From NCBI RefSeq assembly GCF_008000775.2, contig NZ_CP042905.2:240001-272000 (forward strand): DNA of 32,000 nt. The letters run 5' to 3'. The stretch comes from Promethearchaeum syntrophicum (lineage in GTDB: Archaea; Asgardarchaeota; Lokiarchaeia; Sigyniarchaeales; Promethearchaeaceae). The notes below the pieces were generated by a model. The model had not been told where the DNA came from. It saw only the letters and a list, made by a program, of their open reading frames with translations, and made no database searches. The stretch's first letter is position 1; every line of letters starts with the position of its first letter. A program made the translations under genes and the position numbers. This document shows positions 1 to 8,592 of the stretch, piece after piece.

Positions 1-1
1 A

Positions 2-484
2 CAGTATTTTCGAAAGAAAATTGAAAATTTTAAAATTTTTCCTTCTAAGAAGATTTTATTATGTGTTCCTGAACTAGATCTTCCAAGTGATAAGGGAATA
101 TCTTTTGAGGGTTGGAAGAAAGAAATCAAATTAAATCCATATTATGAAGAAATTCAAGTAGTAATAATTAGCAATTCATTAAGTATTATTCCAATTGAAT
201 TAGCCGAAATTTATCCTGCAGGTCAACATGAAGGATTTGTTAACATTGAACATAAAAAAAAAGAAATATCCATATTATTGAGCACCTTTAAAAAATTTCT
301 ATCTGAGAATAAAAGTCAATTTAAATTTATAAAAATCTTAATTCCAATTACTTTTGTTAATGAATATCAAGTTCAAGAACAATTCCAACCAAAGAACCAT
401 TTAATTTATTATATTAAAAATTTGATATCTGAAAATTTTCCAGAGATAAAAACCAGTGTTATTCAAACTATAGAGGAACTCTAA
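2..484 (+). CDS. 3' part of a gene entering from upstream; DUF5591-like (archaeosine-synthase-related) domain suspected
   Basis: Frame 2 is open from base 2 to TAA 482-484; the track lists it only from an internal TTG at 278. The segment VVIISNSLSIIPIELAEIYPAGQHE resembles my recollection of the DUF5591 core (..S.lG.vP.EL...YPa.q). Its stop abuts the next ATG (TAAATG). Confidence 0.4.
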   Translation, partial: QYFRKKIENFKIFPSKKILLCVPELDLPSDKGISFEGWKKEIKLNPYYEEIQVVIISNSLSIIPIELAEIYPAGQHEGFVNIEHKKKEISILLSTFKKFLSENKSQFKFIKILIPITFVNEYQVQEQFQPKNHLIYYIKNLISENFPEIKTSVIQTIEEL

Positions 485-940
485 ATGAATTCTACAAAAA
501 AAGTAGAACGTATTTTACTTGATGAATTGATTGCGCGTGGACATCCAAATATTCTGGGAACCCACAGGACAACTATTGAAATAACCACAGAAGATTTTCT
601 AACAACTAATGGAAATTGCATAATAGGTATTATGAGCTCTAAAAGTGTGAAAGATTATAATCCAAAATTAAAAGAAGCTATTCAAAATGGAAAAAAAATC
701 GAGATTGAAATGGTTGCAGGTCCATTTAAGGAGATAATTGTTGGAGTGGGGCATAATGAATTGCCTTTATCAAATGAGATTTCAATGGTCTTTCGTTTAA
801 GTGAATTTATTTCTGATAGAACAGCTCTAATTAATTGTTCGAAATCCTCAATAGAACTTGATAGAAATTTTATAAATTATTTAAAAAATCCATCAAATAA
901 AATTATTGTTCAGTTTTTTCTTTTAGATGAAAACAAGTGA
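485..940 (+). CDS. DUF371 family protein
   Basis: 151 aa. The N-terminal RGHPNILGTHRTTIEITTEDFLTTNGNCIIGI matches the DUF371 signature as I recall it (H.nI.a.H.tT.EiT.e..Lt..GdCIiGv). Confidence 0.65.
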   Translation: MNSTKKVERILLDELIARGHPNILGTHRTTIEITTEDFLTTNGNCIIGIMSSKSVKDYNPKLKEAIQNGKKIEIEMVAGPFKEIIVGVGHNELPLSNEISMVFRLSEFISDRTALINCSKSSIELDRNFINYLKNPSNKIIVQFFLLDENK

Positions 941-2066
941 ATGCATTATGAGTGAAATAAAAAAATGGATCCTTGAGATAGATCTCATTAATGGAAATTC
1001 TATAATAAAGAAACTTCAATCTATAAACGCGATTGATACGAATTTCAAGATTCACTCACAAAACAATTCTATTTTCATTCCTTTAAAGCATGAAATTGAT
1101 AATTTATCAGTACTACTTAATGGGTATGAATTTAAAATTTTTCCAGCTCAGAAAAATAGCAAGAACTTAATAGATCGTAAAAAAACTCATAGTAAATCTC
1201 TCAAAGAAACTCTTAAAGAAATTATCCCTTCTGAATTTCATAATTTGTTACCAAGAGCATTTGATATCATTGGAGATATTGCAATTATTGAATTAAATCG
1301 AGATGAACAAAAGCCTTTAAGACCTTTTATCAATAGTATTGGACAAATTCTGCTTGAAAATCATTCAAATATTAAATCTGTTTATGAAAAAGCCAGTGAT
1401 ATAGAAGGATTATATCGCACAAGAAAATTTGATCTGATTGCAGGATTAAATAAAACTGAAACTATTCATAGGGAAAATTTAGGCAAATTTCATGTAGATA
1501 TTGAACAAACTTTTTTTTCACCAAGATTAGCATATGAAAGACAACGTATCGCTAAACTTAAGACCGAATTCAATTTAAACGGAAAAATTTGGGACGTTTT
1601 TTGTGGTGTAGGCCCATTTATTATCCAAATTTCAAAAAAAAATCCTAAAGCTCACTCTATTGGAACAGATATTAATTGCAGAGCAATTGAATTGGCAAAA
1701 AAAAATATTGAGTTAAATAAAATTGTTGGAAATATCGAGTTTTATTGCCAAGATGTAAAAGAAATTTCGATTTCGCAAGTCTTTTCAAAATTTCAAAATT
1801 CTATCTCCAGATTTATTATGAATCTACCCGAAAAATCCATTCAATTTTTAAAAAATCTCCCCCAGTTTATTCAAAAAAATGGTGCTTTGTTACATTTATA
1901 TCAATTTAATAAAAAAATTAATCCGATTCAAGAAGCTAAAGATATTTTTGAAAAAGAATTGAAAAATACAAGAATTAAATTAAAAGAATATAAATTCTCA
2001 AAAGTTGTAAAACCATTTTCTCCAAATATCGTAATGACTGTATTAGATGCAATAATTTCTTTATAA
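927..2066 (+). CDS. trm5: tRNA (guanine37-N1)-methyltransferase Trm5/Taw22-like (Met-10+ family, class I SAM MTase)
   Basis: Contains FDIIGDIAIIE, the SAM-binding WDVFCGVGPF, and the catalytic-loop NLPE. Size is typical for archaeal Trm5. The start could be ATG 927 (14-nt overlap with DUF371) or the in-frame ATG 948. Confidence 0.8.
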   Translation: MKTSECIMSEIKKWILEIDLINGNSIIKKLQSINAIDTNFKIHSQNNSIFIPLKHEIDNLSVLLNGYEFKIFPAQKNSKNLIDRKKTHSKSLKETLKEIIPSEFHNLLPRAFDIIGDIAIIELNRDEQKPLRPFINSIGQILLENHSNIKSVYEKASDIEGLYRTRKFDLIAGLNKTETIHRENLGKFHVDIEQTFFSPRLAYERQRIAKLKTEFNLNGKIWDVFCGVGPFIIQISKKNPKAHSIGTDINCRAIELAKKNIELNKIVGNIEFYCQDVKEISISQVFSKFQNSISRFIMNLPEKSIQFLKNLPQFIQKNGALLHLYQFNKKINPIQEAKDIFEKELKNTRIKLKEYKFSKVVKPFSPNIVMTVLDAIISL

Positions 2067-2090
2067 AAATACAGGAAAAAAAAATTATAT

Positions 2091-2900
2091 TTATAACTTA
2101 ATCCCTTTAACAAATGGATACATTACCGCTTGGTTAAAGATCATTACTAAATCATCAATATTTGTGTAGAAGCCGGAGACAATACCCTCTGAAATATATG
2201 CAATAGATACATTTGCTCCATTTGAACTAACGCAGATTAAATTCTTATCTGTATAATTGGTTACATACCACCCTTTAGCTTTCCACGTATCAACAATTGG
2301 CCCATCTTCTATTAAATCAACCGCTAATGCAATATTTACAACAGTTTTATCTTGTAATTTTTCTAAAGCCTCAATGATTCCATTTTCTTGTAAAAACTTC
2401 ATGTCAGGAACGACCAATCTTAGGGAACGTCTTGCATCTTCTATTTTTCCAAGAATATGATTAATACTGATTCTTAAATCATATAATATTCCTGTTTCAC
2501 CAGAAGCAACAGAAGCAACTTTTTCTTGGATTTCGCTTATTTCTTCTTCTCTTTCTTTTACAGCTTTTTTAAGTCGATCTTGTTCAAATGACGACCCCAT
2601 TAATCCATCTTGTGCAGCTCTAGATTTTTCCTTCAATTTTTTAATTTTTGTCTGGTTTTCATTAAGGCTTTGAGTTAAATTCATTATTTGCGCATTTAAT
2701 TGCTCTTTCTCTGAAGTGTGGGTTTTTAGCATTTGAATCTTAGAGAATAATGCTTCATCCTTTTCTTTTGAGATATTAACTAACTTATCGGTTAAATCTT
2801 TAATCCTCTCATCTTTTTGTATGATGACATCGTCCTTATTTTTGATTATATCCAGTTTCTGAATAATATTTTCTAGTTTTGTTGCCAATTGTTCATTCAT
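2091..2900 (-). CDS. Coiled-coil protein with conserved C-terminal alpha/beta domain (short paralogue)
   Basis: 269 aa. The N-terminal ~130 aa are heptad-like and K/E/Q-rich, with the motif KSRAAQDGLMGSSFE. The C-terminal ~120 aa are globular and end in PFVKGIKL. It is a paralogue of the next gene. Confidence 0.7.
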   Translation of the reverse strand: MNEQLATKLENIIQKLDIIKNKDDVIIQKDERIKDLTDKLVNISKEKDEALFSKIQMLKTHTSEKEQLNAQIMNLTQSLNENQTKIKKLKEKSRAAQDGLMGSSFEQDRLKKAVKEREEEISEIQEKVASVASGETGILYDLRISINHILGKIEDARRSLRLVVPDMKFLQENGIIEALEKLQDKTVVNIALAVDLIEDGPIVDTWKAKGWYVTNYTDKNLICVSSNGANVSIAYISEGIVSGFYTNIDDLVMIFNQAVMYPFVKGIKL

Positions 2901-2946
2901 TTTTATTCACTATTTTTATATGATAATATTTATTTTTAATTTTATT

Positions 2947-4278
2947 TTAATTCAACTTTATTCCTTTGATAAATGGACTGATTATTGATTGTGATAATAG
3001 GCGCACCAATTCTTGATCATTGGAAAAAACACCTGTTATTGTTTCATTCTTCTTATCGTATACAGCTAATGCAGCCGTTAAGTTATCTACTGTGAGTGCA
3101 AATAGTTTCACTCCACGATAATCTGTAATTCGGAAATTTCTTTCTTTTAACAATTCTAATAATTTACTATCTTTTTCAGTATCAACGGAACAAGCCAGAT
3201 TTTTTAATATATTTTTTGGAAGACCTAAAAATTTATTTTTAATTTCATATTTCTCAATATCTGTCAAATCCGGTAATATTATTCTAATAGTTCTCTTCAC
3301 ATCTTCAAGTTTTGTTTTAAGAAAAAGCATAAAAGCAGCAATATTGTTAAACGTTCCAGTTTTCTTTGATAATAAGTCTTTTGCGAAATCTTCAGCTGTG
3401 ATTTCTGAAATTTCTCCCTTTTCAAATTGCTCAATTTTCATTTCCAACTTTGCAATTAATTCTTGGTATTCATGTAATTTTTGTGAATCTATAGGAGAAA
3501 TTTGATGTTGTCCTCCTTTTTTACCTTTTCTACTCGTTTTAGTTTTGGGTGATATTTTTTCTTCTAATAGAATTTTTGCAGTCTGCAATTTTTCAATCTC
3601 TTCTTGCATTTCTTGTACTTTAAGGGAAACTTTTTGTTTTTCTTCTCTTACTTTTTCCATTTCCATGGAAGCCCCTAATAATCCATCTTGGGCATCTCTG
3701 GATCTTTTCTTCATTTTTTTATATTTTTCTTCATTAGCTTGGATAGTCTTCTCCAATTCCCCTACTTTTTCAACAAGTTTTACTTTTTCATTTGATAGCT
3801 GTTCCATAAATTCAAATTTCTCACGTTGATATTTTTCTTTCTCCTCATGCAAATCTTCGAATTTTTTTGCAAAATCTTCAAGTTTTTTATCTTTTTCAAC
3901 TAAATTAAAATCTTTTTGTTGAAGTTGCTTTTCTTTAGCTAATAATGATTCTTCTTTAGCTTGGAGAGTTTGATTAGTTGTTTCCACAATTAAGGCAAAT
4001 TGTTTCAATTGTAATTTTAAACCGTCTGTTTCACTCATTAGGCGCTCTTTCTCTTTTTCAAGAGTTTTTTTATCCGATTCTAAATTTGAAACCATACTCC
4101 GAAAATGTCTGGTGTCAGAAATTGATTTGGCAGCTTTATTCGTTAATTCATTGACTTTTTCACTAAAACTTAAGATTTTCTCATCCTTTTTGTCAATAGC
4201 TTCTTCTTTATTCTTAAGTTCCTTCTCCATCTTAGTTAATTTTTCCTGTAATTGCAAAAACTCTTCCATCATGCTCAT
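2947..4278 (-). CDS. Coiled-coil protein with conserved C-terminal alpha/beta domain (long paralogue)
   Basis: 443 aa. About 300 aa are coiled coil, with the motif RSRDAQDGLLGASME and a basic linker KTKTSRKGKKGG. The C-terminal domain ends in PFIKGIKLN. Confidence 0.7.
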   Translation of the reverse strand: MSMMEEFLQLQEKLTKMEKELKNKEEAIDKKDEKILSFSEKVNELTNKAAKSISDTRHFRSMVSNLESDKKTLEKEKERLMSETDGLKLQLKQFALIVETTNQTLQAKEESLLAKEKQLQQKDFNLVEKDKKLEDFAKKFEDLHEEKEKYQREKFEFMEQLSNEKVKLVEKVGELEKTIQANEEKYKKMKKRSRDAQDGLLGASMEMEKVREEKQKVSLKVQEMQEEIEKLQTAKILLEEKISPKTKTSRKGKKGGQHQISPIDSQKLHEYQELIAKLEMKIEQFEKGEISEITAEDFAKDLLSKKTGTFNNIAAFMLFLKTKLEDVKRTIRIILPDLTDIEKYEIKNKFLGLPKNILKNLACSVDTEKDSKLLELLKERNFRITDYRGVKLFALTVDNLTAALAVYDKKNETITGVFSNDQELVRLLSQSIISPFIKGIKLN

Positions 4279-4385
4279 TTATAAAAGTCTCCAAAATCAA
4301 ATTCGGTTTTTTTTTCCTAATTTTTCTTAATTTTAAAACTTTAAAAAAGATCAGATCTTCCCCTAATCTTTCATTGAAATAAATA

Positions 4386-4423
4386 AATAAATATTATAGT
4401 TGTAAATAAATATTATAGTTGTA
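4386..4423. repeat. Perfect tandem duplication of a 19-nt unit (aataaatattatagttgta x2), preceded by (aaat)4
   Basis: Read directly: copies at 4386-4404 and 4405-4423. The copy junction lies at the midpoint of the 4279-4529 divergent intergenic region. Confidence 0.9.
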
Positions 4424-4529
4424 AGGAAAAAAGTTTAACGTACTTAAAATGTCGGTTAAAGTATAACAATCTTAAACATTTTATTCCTCAAGAATTTTTG
4501 TTTAACCAAACGGAAGGGAAAATTAAAAA

Positions 4530-4937
4530 ATGACTCAATTTGGCGGCGAAATCGGATTAAATCCTGAAGATATTTTAAGACTCGAACCAGAAATAACCTA
4601 TATAACAAATAATTCAAATATTGAAGCAATTGCACTGGTAACCGAAACAGGTTACCAAATTGCATATGCTGCACTTCCAACATATACAGTTGATTCTGAC
4701 GCTCTTTCGGGTATTGCTTCAGCCTTACTTATGACCGGAAAATTAACAATGAATTCAGTTTTTCAAGAATCCCTTGTTGAGGCCATTATCCGCGCTGATA
4801 ATGGATATGTAGTAGTTACAAATGCAGGCCGATTCGTTTTGGTAGGGGCCGGTCGCGACATTAAGAATCTTATGACAACTGTCAAGGTTTTCAGAATTGC
4901 TGCACAAAGAATAGAATCAAATTTTCCCGTATTATAA
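4530..4937 (+). CDS. Roadblock/LC7 (MglB/LAMTOR2-like) domain protein
   Basis: 135 aa. IEAIALVTETGYQIAYA...DALSGIASALLMTGKL...EAIIRADNGYVVVTNAGRFVLVG follows the roadblock alpha-beta-alpha pattern. Confidence 0.75.
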   Translation: MTQFGGEIGLNPEDILRLEPEITYITNNSNIEAIALVTETGYQIAYAALPTYTVDSDALSGIASALLMTGKLTMNSVFQESLVEAIIRADNGYVVVTNAGRFVLVGAGRDIKNLMTTVKVFRIAAQRIESNFPVL

Positions 4938-5046
4938 TAATAAATTTCAAGAATTTAATTTTTATCTTATTTACTCTGAGTATTTATACTATTAAGAGAT
5001 GAAATTCTAAGAAATTTATCCAAAACTCAAAAATGATTAGAAAAAA

Positions 5047-5121
5047 CGGATCCAGCAGGATTTGAACCTGCGACATCTGGATTAGAAGTCCAGCACCCAA
5101 TCCAGGCTAGGTGATGGATCC
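5047..5121 (-). tRNA. tRNA-Arg (anticodon TCT)
   Basis: Hand-folded cloverleaf on the minus strand. Acceptor GGATCCA/TGGATCC; D stem ACCT/GGGT; anticodon stem CTGGA/TCCAG with loop CTTCTAA; variable ATGTC; T arm GCAGG-TTCAAAT-CCTGC; discriminator G. There is no encoded CCA and no intron, and T6 follows immediately downstream. Confidence 0.93.
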
Positions 5122-5233
5122 GTACTAAAATTGATTTTAAGAATTATTGATTGAAAAAAAATTTTTCTTAATTATAAGAATAAAATTCTTTTGAGGGCAA
5201 AAAAATTAAAGGATTTAATTCCAAATTCAAATT

Positions 5234-5713
5234 ATGAAGCTCGAAAAAAGCAATGAAACTTGTTGGAGCATCAAGCGTAAAAATAATCCTGGAACGTTTT
5301 CTCTTCGTTTTACCGAATCTGGAGGAGAAATTATAAAGGTGACCATTTCACTTAATGATACTATTCACGAAACGAAATTTGAGATGAAATTAAGCGAGTT
5401 TGAAAATTTCTTTGGAATAATATCTAGTTTTAAAGATTTAATCAAACCTTCTGAATCTCAAAAGCATCTTAAGGAACTAAATTCTGAAGAAACATATTCA
5501 AAATATAATAAAATTTCAGAAAATCAACCATCAAATCAAAAAATTTCCTCAGATGCCTTTAATTTTGAGAAAATTGTCGCAGACATCGACAATATAGATT
5601 TAAAGAAATCAAATCTTTCTAAAGTTGTTGATAATTTAACTACTGATAGAGTAAAAGAAAAAGAGGAATCTAAAAAATCCCAACTTAAAGAAACTGATTG
5701 GGATCCATGGTAA
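5234..5713 (+). CDS. Hypothetical protein: small N-terminal beta-rich domain plus a disordered S/K/E/N-rich tail
   Basis: 159-aa ORF in an otherwise empty interval. I recognise no family. Confidence 0.45.
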   Translation: MKLEKSNETCWSIKRKNNPGTFSLRFTESGGEIIKVTISLNDTIHETKFEMKLSEFENFFGIISSFKDLIKPSESQKHLKELNSEETYSKYNKISENQPSNQKISSDAFNFEKIVADIDNIDLKKSNLSKVVDNLTTDRVKEKEESKKSQLKETDWDPW

Positions 5714-5738
5714 ATCCCATTTAGGTTAATTTTCTTTT

Positions 5739-6329
5739 TTATTCTGAATTTTTAAATTTATCAATTAAAAGCTTCATGATTGCAGTTTCAGATAAAGCGT
5801 AAGGTTGCAGGTTTGGTAATTGATCCCTTATCCTTACAAAAAGCTCAGTAAAGTGTTCTGCACGCTCTTTTTGTTTTAATACATCATTACGTGTCTGCTC
5901 TCTAACTTTAGATGCAGGATCTCCTTTCATAATTGAGCGTTCTGCAACAATCACTCCTGCTGAAATAATACTATCTGCAATTATAACTGCGCCTTCACCA
6001 ATCGAAGATCTCTCATAAATTAGACATTTCTCACCGATTGTCACATAATCTTCTGAAAAAGTTCCAAAGATGCTGGTGCCAGTTTCAATTATGTTGTAAT
6101 TCCCAATTTGAATAGGACTTTTATCTGAGCGAGTAAACATCATTATTCCATCAAAAACAGTTGTATATTGTCCAATTGTGATTGGTGCATATTCTGCGCG
6201 TAGGAAAGTTCCAGGCCATATTACAGAATGCGCACCGACGACAACATCTCCTATTAGTGTGGCATTAGGCGATACCCATGCAGAGGGATCAATTTTGGGC
6301 TCCTTATCGTGAATTTTCAATAGTGGCAT
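5739..6329 (-). CDS. Left-handed beta-helix (hexapeptide repeat) protein, gamma-carbonic-anhydrase/PaaY-like
   Basis: PKIDPSAWVSPNATLIGDVVVGAHSVIWPGTFLRAEYAPITIG plus further hexapeptide turns and a C-terminal helix. I could not find the three Zn-ligand His residues of catalytic gamma-CAs at the expected positions. Confidence 0.75.
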   Translation of the reverse strand: MPLLKIHDKEPKIDPSAWVSPNATLIGDVVVGAHSVIWPGTFLRAEYAPITIGQYTTVFDGIMMFTRSDKSPIQIGNYNIIETGTSIFGTFSEDYVTIGEKCLIYERSSIGEGAVIIADSIISAGVIVAERSIMKGDPASKVREQTRNDVLKQKERAEHFTELFVRIRDQLPNLQPYALSETAIMKLLIDKFKNSE

Positions 6330-6626
6330 TTTTCAAACATCTTTTTATTTTATTATTATAGCAATGTTTTTTTGAGGTTAAAAAACTTCTTTTCAAGAAA
6401 GGAAAAAAAAAAATCAAAGAGAAAATTGATTGCATATTATGAACATATCCCTCAAATATCACTGGAGTTTTTTAATGTAAATAAAGAAATGTTATTAATC
6501 AAATGCGGAGAAATTTTCCACATCCTTTATTAATATAGTTATAGTTTACTAATTTAGTTAATAATTTTTTAGGAAAATTTTATTATTATTTGAATTTCAA
6601 CGACAAAAACACATAAGGAAAATAAA

Positions 6627-7562
6627 ATGAATAACGCGGCTAAAATAAAAAATAATACATTTAAGCCTGAAACTGATAGTGAATTTAAGAATTGTCCTGA
6701 ATGTCAATCATCAGATATAATTCTCGATCAAGCACGAGGTGAAAATATTTGTGCTAGATGCGGATTGGTTCTTTCTCATCATATTATAGATATAAGCAGA
6801 GAAGGAAGAAGGGCATTTTCAATGGATGAAAAATCTAAACGAGATCAAACTGGGAGCCCAGTTTCATCATTATTACCTGATTTAGGTCTCAGTACTGTGA
6901 TAGATAAAAACCATCAATTATCACAAAGAATGAAGAGAGTAATTAGATGGAACTCGAGAATGACCTGGTCAAATAGAAATATGTTAATTGCTGCAACTGA
7001 AATTAAACGAATTGGTGGATTATTAAATCTTCCTCAAAGAGTTAAAGAATACGCAGCAAAAATTTATAGAAGAGCCTTTAAATTGAAATTATTAAGAGGA
7101 AGAAGTATTAAAGCAATGGTGGTAGCAAGTTTATATTATGCTTGTAGGTCTGAGCGAATTCCAAGAACACTTCAAGAAATTTTGAAATTTACAGATAGTG
7201 ATCCAAGAGATGTAAGACGGTGTTATCGTACACTAGTAAGGGAACTAAAATTAACAGTCCCTGCATTGGATCCATTTCTTTTAGTTCCAAAATATATTGC
7301 TGCACTTCAATTAAGTAATGAGGTTGAAAAATCAACAATAAAAATTATTAAATTTTATTCTAAGAAATATCAAGTTGGGGGAAAAGATCCTAAAGGATTA
7401 TTAGCAGGTGCAATATATGTTGCTTGCTTATACCACGGGATAAGTAGATCTCAAAGCCGAATTGCAAAGACTATACAAGTAACGGAAGTTACCTTAAGAA
7501 GTCGATTTAAAGAGATAAGTAAAATAATTAAACTTCCACAATATTCAGCGATAAAAGCATAA
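6627..7562 (+). CDS. tfb: Transcription initiation factor IIB (TFB)
   Basis: N-terminal zinc ribbon CPEC..(16)..CARCG, followed by a B-linker and two cyclin-fold repeats. 311 aa. Confidence 0.95.
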   Translation: MNNAAKIKNNTFKPETDSEFKNCPECQSSDIILDQARGENICARCGLVLSHHIIDISREGRRAFSMDEKSKRDQTGSPVSSLLPDLGLSTVIDKNHQLSQRMKRVIRWNSRMTWSNRNMLIAATEIKRIGGLLNLPQRVKEYAAKIYRRAFKLKLLRGRSIKAMVVASLYYACRSERIPRTLQEILKFTDSDPRDVRRCYRTLVRELKLTVPALDPFLLVPKYIAALQLSNEVEKSTIKIIKFYSKKYQVGGKDPKGLLAGAIYVACLYHGISRSQSRIAKTIQVTEVTLRSRFKEISKIIKLPQYSAIKA

Positions 7563-7571
7563 CTTTTTTAT

Positions 7572-8549
7572 TTATTTTATTAAAAGATACATCATATCAG
7601 AAAGGTTGTTTTTTAAGATTGGTAACAGATCTTCATGAGATTTAGACATTAGAATATTTTTAATAAAAGTAATGATGTAAAATTGAATATTATTAGAGAT
7701 TTTAAATGAAGTCATAACTATTTTTGCTTTTTGTCCCCTTTTTAGAGGTTTTTCATTCTCATTCGAAACAATTAATTCTGTATCATAATTAACCTCTACT
7801 ATTACGTTGTCAAGTCTTACAGGATTTGATTTGAAGGAATCCATAACATTTAGAAATCGCAAGCCAACTATTTCACATAAATCGATATAATAATCACTCA
7901 TTGAATAATTTCCAATAACTAAAAGATCTTCACTCATTAAAAGGACTGCAGAACTATTTGATAATTTTGCAAATTCTTCAAGTTGTTCATTAATTAATAA
8001 TGCGATTGGAGAAAAATGCATTATTCCATTTGAAAACGCCAAAAAAAGAGAGGAGAGATCATAAATTGTTGTATTAAAGAATGATATCCTGGAATTTTGT
8101 GCGATTGAAAGCAAATTTTCAATTAATATTTTAATTTTATCTTGAATTTCACGCTTATTAGAAATATCAGGATCAACTTTATGAAAACATATAAAAAAAT
8201 CGGTTTTTTCATCGAGTTCATTATAAACATCAATAATTTTAGAGAAATATTCTATAGATTCATTAAATCTATTTGAATCTTGAATATCTATTATATAAAA
8301 AACAGAAGATGTATTAGAAAAAACTTGATATCTGTGTTTAAAATAATTTTTTCTGAATTTTCTTTGAGCACCGAGATCCCAAAGTACTATTCCAAAACCT
8401 AAACAATCCAAAGTAGAAAATTTAGAACGAGATAAACCCAATGTGGGCTTTGTATCAAAATAGGAAAATTTTTCTTGTAATGAGATAATGATTGAAGTTT
8501 TTCCACTATTGTCTAATCCAGCAAAAATAATTTTTCTCTTCGATTGCAT
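7572..8549 (-). CDS. Rag/Gtr-family-like small GTPase with C-terminal roadblock-like domain
   Basis: G1 GLDNSGKT, G3 WDLGAQ, then KNYF, and G4 as HKVD (the Rag family uses HKxD). TTIYDLSSLFLAFS parallels RagA TSIWDETLYKAWS. The C-terminal ~145 aa start LEEFAKLSNSSAVLLMSEDLLVIGNY, which parallels the start of the RagA CRD (as recalled from memory). Confidence 0.7.
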   Translation of the reverse strand: MQSKRKIIFAGLDNSGKTSIIISLQEKFSYFDTKPTLGLSRSKFSTLDCLGFGIVLWDLGAQRKFRKNYFKHRYQVFSNTSSVFYIIDIQDSNRFNESIEYFSKIIDVYNELDEKTDFFICFHKVDPDISNKREIQDKIKILIENLLSIAQNSRISFFNTTIYDLSSLFLAFSNGIMHFSPIALLINEQLEEFAKLSNSSAVLLMSEDLLVIGNYSMSDYYIDLCEIVGLRFLNVMDSFKSNPVRLDNVIVEVNYDTELIVSNENEKPLKRGQKAKIVMTSFKISNNIQFYIITFIKNILMSKSHEDLLPILKNNLSDMMYLLIK

Positions 8550-8592
8550 ATATCATAAATGTTTTAATTTGCATTTATTTTCCGAGAAAAAA

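Noticed and set aside
1928-4683. Track ORFs 1928..2113(-), 2257..2460(+), 3545..3829(+), 4112..4330(+), 4456..4683(-)
   Set aside because: All are antisense to, or overlap, much longer ORFs with clear protein features (Trm5, the coiled-coil pair, Roadblock). Their S/F/L/I-rich translations are typical of antisense reads through K/E-rich coding DNA.
5047-5121. tRNA-Arg as a possible integration site for a mobile element
   Set aside because: I noticed no extended duplicate of the tRNA 3' half in the window by eye (only chance GGATCC-containing 8-mers, for example near 25731), and there is no integrase nearby. My scan was not exhaustive.
5696-5713. C-terminal ETDWDPW of ORF 5234..5713, reminiscent of DPW adaptor-binding motifs of eukaryotic endocytic proteins
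   Set aside because: It is a single occurrence of a 3-residue motif with no known archaeal receptor domain in the window, so it is too weak to interpret.
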